NCBI GenBank assembly: GCA_964582775.1
Contig: CAZOTO010000001.1
Location: 1 to 59,123 of the forward strand
From: an uncultured Myxococcales bacterium
GTDB taxonomy: Bacteria; Myxococcota_A; UBA9160; SZUA-336
Direction: 5' to 3'
DNA: 59,123 bases
Positions 45,938 through 53,055 of the stretch are shown piece by piece; position 1 is the stretch's first letter, and each line of letters starts with the position of its first letter. Position numbers and translations under genes: made by a program. A model generated the notes under the pieces. That model was not told the origin of the DNA and searched no databases. It saw only the letters and a program-made list of their open reading frames with translations.

Positions 45938-47800
45938 TTGCTCCATCCGCAAGCCGCCGTGGATGCTATGCATGGGCGACTACAGGGGAATCTGGACGCG
46001 CTGAGCCGGCGACAGCCGGCGCTGTCGGAGCGTCTCCGCACGCACCGTGGGACCGCGCGGATCGAGATCCTGGAGACCAGATCCGGCGACATCTCGATCC
46101 GACTCGACGGGCGACTCGAGGCGAGCGCCGTCGATCCACGGGAGGAGGCGCAACGATTCGCCGAGGAGATCCGACGCCGCGCCACCGATGCCGGAGCACA
46201 GAGGATCGTCCTCCTCGGCATTGGCGTCTACAGCCTGCCCGCAATCGCCGACATCCAAGCTCCGATCCTGGTCATCGAGCCCTCCCTGGACCTCGTTCGA
46301 GCCGTATTCGAGACGGTCGACCTGCGCGATGCGCTGGAGCATGTCGAGCTCGTCGTCGGTGACGGGATCGGCGCCGCGTTAGGCCATCCTCTCTTCCGCG
46401 GATCGGAGCGGGGGATCATTCTTTCCCATGCCTCGACGCGACGCCGGGCCCCGGACTTCCACGATGCGCTCGTCCAACGCTTCCATCCCGGGGGAGATCC
46501 TTCGCCACTCGACATTGCCGTGATTCCTCCCCTTTTCGGGGGCTCACTGCCCGTGGCGGATTCTTGTGCGCGCGCGCTTCGCCAACTCGGACACCGGGTA
46601 CGGTATCCAGATCTATCCCCTTTTCTTCCCGCGTACCAGGAGATCGGTCGCTCGACTTCTGGCGATCTCCTCGAGCCGTTCTCGGCCCCTCTCCGCTCCG
46701 GCTTGGTGCGACTGATCGGCCAGACGATCCTCGCGGGCTTCCAGATCGACCCGCCCGATCTCGTATTCGCACTGGCACAGGCACCGCTCGACCTGGAGAT
46801 GCTCGATTCCCTGCGCAAGCAAGGGATCACTCGTGCATTCTGGTTCTGCGAGGACTTCCACGTCATGCCCTACTGGAAGGCTCTCGCACCACACTTCGAC
46901 GTGTTCTTCCACATCCAACCGGAGGACTTCTCCAAGCCCCTGCGAGATGCGGGGGGAAATGGGGTGCCCCTCCCGATGGCGTTCGACCCGCAGATCCACC
47001 GCCCGGTCGATCTGCGGATGGAGGATCAGGAGCGTTATGGATCCGACCTCTCGTTCGTCGGGGCTGGATACTACAACCGGATTCAGTGCCTCCCGTCGCT
47101 GTTTTCGATGGGGCTGCGCATCTGGGGAACGGAGTGGCCGATCACTGCCCCGTTCCTCGACGTCATGCCGGAACCGAACGTTCGGCAGTCGAGCGAGACG
47201 TCGAACCTGATCTTCAACGCGACCCGCATCAATCTGAACCTGCACTCTTCTCCCTGGTGCGATTCCGTGAATCCCGTGGGCGATTTCGTGAACCCCCGCA
47301 CGTTCGAGCTCGCGGGAGCCGGTGCGTTCCAACTCGTCGACGAACGGCGGGATCTCGACCAGTTCTTCGTTCCAGGCCGCGAGATCGTGACCTTCCGCGA
47401 TCTCGCGGAGTGTCGGGAGAAGATCTCGTACTACCGCTCCCACCCGGAGGAGCGACTCGAGATCGCGGCGCGAGCGCATTCGCGAGCGCTCGCAGAGCAC
47501 ACCTACCGGCATCGCATGGAGACTGCGCTCGATCTCCTGCGCTCCGGCTCGATCCCATTGACGTCCCGGCGCCGGACCCAGATCACGGTGGGGGAGACGA
47601 TCGATCAGGCCTCCGACGAGCCGGAGCTACGCGAGATCCTTGGACGGGCTCCGCAGGACGACGCGATGGACTACCGCGCCGTGTCCTTGGCCATCGGACG
47701 GGGGTCCGGAGAGCTCTCCCGGGAGGAGAAGCTCCTCCTCTTCATGCGAGAGGCGCGGGCCGAAGTCGAGATCCACGGCTCGAGCGAGGCCTCGACATGA
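45938..47800 (+). CDS. Maf-N-terminal-like module fused to a CgeB/Glyco_trans_1_2-like glycosyltransferase body
   Basis: 620 aa. N-terminus: ..NLDALSRRQPALSERL..IEILETRSGDISIRLDGRLEASAVDPREEAQRFAEEI..RIVLLGIGV.. C-terminus: ..NLNLHSS..VNPRTFELAGAGAFQLVDERRDL..EIVTFRDLAECREKISYYRSHPEERLEIA..ALAEHTYRHRME. An alternative ATG lies 30 nt downstream. Confidence 0.7.
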   Translation: MLHPQAAVDAMHGRLQGNLDALSRRQPALSERLRTHRGTARIEILETRSGDISIRLDGRLEASAVDPREEAQRFAEEIRRRATDAGAQRIVLLGIGVYSLPAIADIQAPILVIEPSLDLVRAVFETVDLRDALEHVELVVGDGIGAALGHPLFRGSERGIILSHASTRRRAPDFHDALVQRFHPGGDPSPLDIAVIPPLFGGSLPVADSCARALRQLGHRVRYPDLSPFLPAYQEIGRSTSGDLLEPFSAPLRSGLVRLIGQTILAGFQIDPPDLVFALAQAPLDLEMLDSLRKQGITRAFWFCEDFHVMPYWKALAPHFDVFFHIQPEDFSKPLRDAGGNGVPLPMAFDPQIHRPVDLRMEDQERYGSDLSFVGAGYYNRIQCLPSLFSMGLRIWGTEWPITAPFLDVMPEPNVRQSSETSNLIFNATRINLNLHSSPWCDSVNPVGDFVNPRTFELAGAGAFQLVDERRDLDQFFVPGREIVTFRDLAECREKISYYRSHPEERLEIAARAHSRALAEHTYRHRMETALDLLRSGSIPLTSRRRTQITVGETIDQASDEPELREILGRAPQDDAMDYRAVSLAIGRGSGELSREEKLLLFMREARAEVEIHGSSEAST

Positions 47801-49440
47801 GGAGGATCGGAATCCTCAACCTCACCCGGTTCGGAGACCTGATCCAGACGTCGCCGGTTCTCGTGGGACTGCGCAAGCGCTATCCGCAAGCCGAGATCGA
47901 GCTGATCGTGAAGAGCCGGTTCCGGGCCGCAGCAGAGCTCCTTCCCGGCATCGACGCGATCCGCGAGATCGACGGGAATGCGCTCGCGAATGTCCTCGCC
48001 GACCCCCGGTACAGCTTCCTCGATGGTTATCGAGCCGCACGTCGGATCGCAGATCATCTCGGATCCATTCGATACGACACGGTCTTCAACTTCACGCACT
48101 CTCGGATGTCCGCGGCAGTCCTGTCCCTCCTCGACGTGGAGCGTGTCATCGGCTTCTGCATGGATCGCCACGGGCACCGGCAGGTCGAGAACCCGTGGCT
48201 CCTACACATGGGAACCGTCGTCCGCGCCCGGAAGCTGATGCGGTTCAATTTGGTGGACGTCTATCTGGGCGCCGCCGGATTGCATGGATGCGGGGAGAGC
48301 CTGTGCGTCCGGATCGATGCGGAGGATCGATCGAACGCGAGCTCGAGATTGCCAGGGGAAGGAAGGCTGCTGGCCGTTCAACTCTCAGCCAGCAGCGACG
48401 CCAAGGCTTGGTCGGTCGAGCGGTATGCGGATACGCTTCGCGCGCTCGATCGGCGCATGAAGGATCTACGCGTCGTACTGGTCGGCGTGGCCGCCGAGCG
48501 AGGCCGGGCCCAGCAGCTCATGGCTCTCTGCCCTCACCTGTCGATCGTCGATCTGGTCGGAGAGACCAGCGTATCGGAGCTCGCCGCCGTACTCGAACGC
48601 TGTCATCTCCTTCTCACGGGGGATACCGGGACGATGCATCTGTCCGCCGCCGTGGGTACCCGCACGTGCACGGTGTTCGTCGGCCTCGGAAATCCGTGGG
48701 AGACGGCCGCCTATGGAGAGGGGCACGTCTCCCTCCTCTCCCGACTTTCCTGCGCTCCCTGTCAACACCACGTCCGCTGCGGTAATCCGGTCTGTCATCG
48801 AGACGTCCCACCCGAGTGGCTGGCGCTGGTGTTGGATCGTCTTCTCCACGGAAGCGATCTCGCGGACGTTCCCCCACTCGAGCGCGCCGATCTCTTCCAA
48901 TCGCAGTTCGACGGATCGGGGATGCTCGACCTGCTTCCTCTCCACGTCAGGAAGGCCGAGTCGCACGAGCTCTTCGCTCTCGCCTATCGCGCGTTGTTCC
49001 TGGAGAGCCTCGAGGGGCATCCGTTCCATGCAGAGGCCGTGTGGCGCGCCGCCGCCGCGCGCCATGGAGTCCCGGCAGAGGAATGGATCTGCGTCGTTCC
49101 ACGAGAGCTCGTCGCAGAGCTCACACATCTGGCGCGCCTCGCAAGTGAAGCCCAACGGATCACCGCATCGCTCGTTCGGGTGACCTCATCGGACCCGGGT
49201 CTCGTTCGCGCGGGAGAACGGCTGCGTGCACTGGACGAGCAGATCCTTCGGATCACGAGCACACACCCGCTTCTCGCACCCATCGGATTCTCCCTCTCCG
49301 GCGCTCTCGAGAGCCTACCCGAGGAGGGATTGATCACCCTCGCGACCCTCTGCTCCGAGCAATACGGGCTTGCGGGGCGCCGCGCCGCAGCTCTCCACGA
49401 GCTGATCCTGGGACCTGCATCCAAGGGAGGTATGAAGTGA
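47797..49440 (+). CDS. Glycosyltransferase family 9 (heptosyltransferase-like) with ~200-aa helical C-terminal extension
   Basis: ATGA overlap with the upstream gene. MRRIGILNLTRFGDLIQTSPVLVGLRKRYPQAEIELIV..LLAVQLSASSDAKAWS..LVGETSVSELAAVLERCHLLLTGDTGTMHLSAAVGT..CAPCQHHVRC.. The last ~200 aa have no recognisable motif. Confidence 0.78.
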   Translation: MRRIGILNLTRFGDLIQTSPVLVGLRKRYPQAEIELIVKSRFRAAAELLPGIDAIREIDGNALANVLADPRYSFLDGYRAARRIADHLGSIRYDTVFNFTHSRMSAAVLSLLDVERVIGFCMDRHGHRQVENPWLLHMGTVVRARKLMRFNLVDVYLGAAGLHGCGESLCVRIDAEDRSNASSRLPGEGRLLAVQLSASSDAKAWSVERYADTLRALDRRMKDLRVVLVGVAAERGRAQQLMALCPHLSIVDLVGETSVSELAAVLERCHLLLTGDTGTMHLSAAVGTRTCTVFVGLGNPWETAAYGEGHVSLLSRLSCAPCQHHVRCGNPVCHRDVPPEWLALVLDRLLHGSDLADVPPLERADLFQSQFDGSGMLDLLPLHVRKAESHELFALAYRALFLESLEGHPFHAEAVWRAAAARHGVPAEEWICVVPRELVAELTHLARLASEAQRITASLVRVTSSDPGLVRAGERLRALDEQILRITSTHPLLAPIGFSLSGALESLPEEGLITLATLCSEQYGLAGRRAAALHELILGPASKGGMK

Positions 49441-50024
49441 TGATCGAACTCGGAATCAATGGACGTCGCAGCTCCGTTCAGCCGCGATCCGCGCGCGAGC
49501 TGTGCGAGCTCATCGATCGGGCGCTGCCGACGGGTCACGTGATCTACGCCGTGCAGGCCAATGGGCGCATCGTCGACGCGGACCAGCTCAGCTCCTTCGA
49601 CGTCGGCGTGCTCCGAGAGGTGAGCGTGGAGAGCGCGACACCGGCAGAGATCGCTCGCAGCAGCCTGGGAGAGACTCGGGAGTGGATGGGACGCATCATG
49701 AGTGCGCTCGATTCCGTCTCTCGCGACTACCGCTTCGGAAGGGAACGAAACGCGCACGCCCGACTCGTCGATGTCATCGATGCGCTACAGGTTCTCGTGA
49801 ACCTCCTCGGATCCATCCACACCTTCTTGGTGCGCGAGACTCCTTGTAGCTCGGGATTCGAATCCTCTTGGGTGCAGGCGGAACGCGATCTCCGAGATGG
49901 CGTCGATGGCTTGCTATCGGATCTCGAGAAGGAGGATCCGATCGAGCTCGCGGATCGGACCGGCTATGCGCTTCCGGGCGTCCTCGCGCAGTTCCGCGAC
50001 CTGTTGGGCCGTCTGGACTCCTGA
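49437..50024 (+). CDS. Hypothetical protein; N-terminal ~65 aa ThiS/MoaD-like (beta-grasp) by pattern only
   Basis: GTGATG start region overlaps the GT9 stop, with GGGAGG upstream. MMIELGINGRRSSVQPRSARELCELIDRALPTGHVIYAVQANGRIVDAD..REVSVES, then a helical C-terminal half. Confidence 0.55.
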   Translation: MMIELGINGRRSSVQPRSARELCELIDRALPTGHVIYAVQANGRIVDADQLSSFDVGVLREVSVESATPAEIARSSLGETREWMGRIMSALDSVSRDYRFGRERNAHARLVDVIDALQVLVNLLGSIHTFLVRETPCSSGFESSWVQAERDLRDGVDGLLSDLEKEDPIELADRTGYALPGVLAQFRDLLGRLDS

Positions 50025-50040
50025 GTCCCTCGAACCCGGG

Positions 50041-50643
50041 ATGCGGCGCGAGATGAATGCATCGGACACGAACGGCGAACGGCGCGAGTTCTTCCGCGTC
50101 GAGATTCCTGCGCGGGTGCGCTTGCGCGCGGTTTCGGGCGACGAGGTCGAGTCTGCGCGTACACGAATCCGAACGAGGCAGGTTCCGGCGGCGTTTGCCC
50201 CTGGCGCATTGGAGGAGAACCGGATCGGATCCGAGCACCGGCTCACGATTGGGCTTCTCCGCGGTATCGCACTCTCGCTCGAGCGCATGGAGCGCTCTCT
50301 CGCCGAGCTCGCGGAGCGTGGGGTCGGATCGTCGGGTCTTCCCGAGGGGCGGCGAGATCCGGTCCCGCTCTCCTTGTCCGGATCCGGATTCTCGGGTCCT
50401 CTCGCGTTCGAGCTCGTCCCCGGCTCCGTCGCAGAGGTGGAGATCGATCTGCTGGACGCCGGCTATCCGCTGATTCGAGCCCTCGCGGAGCAGACCCGCG
50501 GCCCGGACATCGAGAGCGATCCCGCGTTCGCAGCCTTCCGGTTCGTCGAGATCCCCGACGACGATCGGGAGCGAATCGTTCAGCTCGCGCTCCGGATCGA
50601 CAGGCAGTCGCTGCAGCGCAATCGGTCGGGAGCATTCGAGTGA
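50041..50643 (+). CDS. PilZ domain protein with a ~90-aa insertion between the RxxxR and [DN]xSxxG motifs
   Basis: RREFFRVEIPARVRLRAV (R15-R19) ...insertion with HRLTIGLLRGIALSLERMERSLAELAERG... PVPLSLSGSGFSGP (SxSxxG at ~111-116) ..AFRFVEIPDDDRERI. Confidence 0.7.
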   Translation: MRREMNASDTNGERREFFRVEIPARVRLRAVSGDEVESARTRIRTRQVPAAFAPGALEENRIGSEHRLTIGLLRGIALSLERMERSLAELAERGVGSSGLPEGRRDPVPLSLSGSGFSGPLAFELVPGSVAEVEIDLLDAGYPLIRALAEQTRGPDIESDPAFAAFRFVEIPDDDRERIVQLALRIDRQSLQRNRSGAFE

Positions 50644-52193
50644 TCTCGAGCAGTCCTCGCATCCTGTTGATCGGCGGAACCTATCGCGCCTTGCGCGTGC
50701 TCGAGCATCTCATCGAACGAAGAGAGCGCGTCGTCGCCTTTCTCGGCATCGAGAGCGACCCTGGGCACGACTGCTGCGCCGAAACGCTAGAGCTCTGCAA
50801 CCGGTTCTCGATCCCGGCGCGGGCCGGACGCAAGCTCGGAGAAGAGATCGTCCGCTGGCTCGAGGATCGGATTCGCCCCGATCTCGCGATCGCGGTGGGG
50901 ATGGACGTTCCGATTCCCCTCGCGATCGGAGGCAATTGCAGGCTCGGTCTCCTCGAGGCCGTCGATCGATTCCAGACCCGCGCTTCCCCTGGCGTCACCC
51001 TTCGGCGTCACGGCCGCATCGCGCTCGAGCGAGGAGTCGAGGGGGATCGCGGCGCGGAGAATCGAGAAGACGACTTCGCTCGCGTGGTCGAAGAGGTGGT
51101 CGAATGCATCGGCTCGTTTCTGGATGATCTTCGCGCAGCGAAGTCCGATGAACCGGCTCGTGTGCCCTTCATGATCCATTCGAGCTCCCGCGTCGCTTCG
51201 CGCGAAACGGAGCCTCCCTGCGGGACCCGCGGCTCGCACGCAGCTCCCGGCTGCGATACGAGGCGCTTGGAAGAGGAGGCCGGGCGCTACCTCGGCGCGG
51301 AGGCAGTGTTCGCCCTGCGCTCGCCGACGGACGCGTACCGGGCCCTCGGCCATTCGATCGGACTGCGCGATGGCGCCGAGGTGATCGTTCCGGGAGTCGC
51401 CTCGACGGAGGTCCTCCTCGCTTTGCGCTCCCTGGGCGCCCGGGCGGTTCTCGTCGACGTGGACCCCGCTCGCCTCACGATCGACGTCGATCGGGCACGC
51501 GCGGCGATCGGTCCGCGCACGCGCGCGATCGTGATCTCCCATCCCTTCGGGCAACCCGCTCCGATCGATCTGCTGTACGGACTCGCCGAGGAGCACGCGC
51601 TCGAGGTGATCGAGGATGGCGGCGACAGCCTGGGAGCGCGGTTCGGAGAGTCTCGCATCGGTCGAAGCCCATGCGCCTGCGTCTTCCGGCTGCCGGCTGC
51701 CGCGTCCCCGGGGGAGGAGAGCCTGGCTCTGGTGGCCCTTCCCGAACCATGGGCGGAGCGCTTCGAGCCCGAGGGGAAGGCGCTGCGCGCATCGGATGCG
51801 TGCAGCGCGATGGCGCGGTCCGAGCTCGCTCGGCTCGAGGACACGATCAGCGAGCGAAGAGCGAATGCGAGCTTCTACTCCTCGGAGCTGGTTCCGTACG
51901 ATGCGTTCCGCGTGCCCGTGACACCGGAAGACGGACTATCGACCCATGCGGGCTATCTGCTGCGACTCACGCGATTTGCGCGCACGTCGGCCGCCGATCT
52001 CGCGCGACTGCTCGGCGAGAGCGGCATCGAGACGCAACGCCTGCAGCTCGGGATCTCGGAGCGCGAGCTCGGGGCGCTTCCCTGCACGGACGAGGCGCTC
52101 CACACGTCTCTGCTGCTTCCGGTGGGCCCCGGCCTCGATGATTCGCAGCGCGAGCACGTCCTCGATTCGATCTTCGGCTACGCGATCGGCTAG
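50640..52193 (+). CDS. Fusion protein: N-terminal formyltransferase-like Rossmann domain (tentative) + DegT/DnrJ/EryC1-fold domain lacking the PLP lysine
   Basis: GTGA overlap with the PilZ gene. DegT-like stretch: RRLEEEAGRYLGAEAVFALRSPTDAYRALGHSIGLRDGAEVIVPGVASTEV..AVLVDVDPARLTIDVD..TRAIVISHPFGQPAPID..ALEVIEDGGDSLGARFGESRIG. Where FSFxxxK is expected, the sequence reads CVFRLPAAASPGEE. Confidence 0.65.
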   Translation: MISSSPRILLIGGTYRALRVLEHLIERRERVVAFLGIESDPGHDCCAETLELCNRFSIPARAGRKLGEEIVRWLEDRIRPDLAIAVGMDVPIPLAIGGNCRLGLLEAVDRFQTRASPGVTLRRHGRIALERGVEGDRGAENREDDFARVVEEVVECIGSFLDDLRAAKSDEPARVPFMIHSSSRVASRETEPPCGTRGSHAAPGCDTRRLEEEAGRYLGAEAVFALRSPTDAYRALGHSIGLRDGAEVIVPGVASTEVLLALRSLGARAVLVDVDPARLTIDVDRARAAIGPRTRAIVISHPFGQPAPIDLLYGLAEEHALEVIEDGGDSLGARFGESRIGRSPCACVFRLPAAASPGEESLALVALPEPWAERFEPEGKALRASDACSAMARSELARLEDTISERRANASFYSSELVPYDAFRVPVTPEDGLSTHAGYLLRLTRFARTSAADLARLLGESGIETQRLQLGISERELGALPCTDEALHTSLLLPVGPGLDDSQREHVLDSIFGYAIG

Positions 52194-52891
52194 CGCGGAT
52201 CCCGTACTCGCGAGTCACCACGAGCCGTGGGTTGGGGATCCTCTCGCGCACCGGTGTCCCTGGCCGCGACACCGGGCGCCGTCTCGATCTGCGCCCCCGC
52301 GAGATACGCCTCGGCGTCGCGCGCGAGCGCATCGTCGAGCTCCTCGGGTCGCCCCTGCTCCATCCAGACGATGTCGATCAGCGTCCCGGGCCAAGCCGGA
52401 TGCAGGCAGCGCGTCCCCCGCGCACGCACGTGGAGGGCCACCCCGGGGGGCGCCTCGGCCGGAAATCGATCGAGCACGCGACTCTCGTACTCGATGCACC
52501 ACTGTCCCTGGCGCGTAGTGAGCCGCTGTTCGTATTGAAGACGCGTGAAGCGCGCCTCGTTCTCGATCTCGTCTGCACGGGCGACTCGCGCCAACTCCTC
52601 GTGCGACTTGGGGCTCGAACCGACGAAGCGAAGATCGATCGCCACGAGAAAACCGTGGGTGTCCGATCCCCTCGTCTCGTAGCGGACCACCGCCTGACTC
52701 GGCGCCTGCTCCTCCTCGCGCAGATACCACCCCGACGCCGGCCTCGGGATCGAGAATCCGCGGTACTGCATGCGATCACCGCCGGCCGAACCCGGCCCCG
52801 CGGGCGCACCTGCGCACCCGATCGCCACGCAGGCCGCGAGCGCGAATGCCCCGGCGATCGGGATCCCGAGGGCCGTGAAATGCGAGCCCAT
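52190..52891 (-). CDS. Hypothetical lipoprotein
   Basis: 233 aa. Signal plus lipobox (..ALAACVAIGCAG..). No other motif. Confidence 0.6.
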   Translation of the reverse strand: MGSHFTALGIPIAGAFALAACVAIGCAGAPAGPGSAGGDRMQYRGFSIPRPASGWYLREEEQAPSQAVVRYETRGSDTHGFLVAIDLRFVGSSPKSHEELARVARADEIENEARFTRLQYEQRLTTRQGQWCIEYESRVLDRFPAEAPPGVALHVRARGTRCLHPAWPGTLIDIVWMEQGRPEELDDALARDAEAYLAGAQIETAPGVAARDTGAREDPQPTARGDSRVRDPR

Positions 52892-53055
52892 GGACCTCTC
52901 CTCCTTTTGGAAAGCTCTTATAGAATGACTCCCCGGCGATCATGACATGCAGAGGGTGCGATGAACCTCTTCGTGCCGCGCGAGATCATGGTCCGGGGGC
53001 GATCCGTGGGACCTCGTGCCCGGATCGAACGGCCGGATCACACAGGAGCTCACCC

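Noticed and set aside
46564-47796. 5' 1.2 kb of the 958-aa ORF 46564..49440; similar long shadow ORFs at 56599..58614, 2614..4101, 5968..7251, 42771..43655 and 53050..54627
   Set aside because: Their composition is Arg/Pro/Ser/Gly-rich with no motifs, and they overlap frames that carry clear family signatures. They are treated as GC-driven shadow ORFs, not overlapping genes.
52190-52193. Convergent genes whose stop codons overlap in a palindromic CTAG (also at 37487-37490)
   Set aside because: It is real in the sequence but is a trivial consequence of TAG stops on both strands. No functional implication can be supported.
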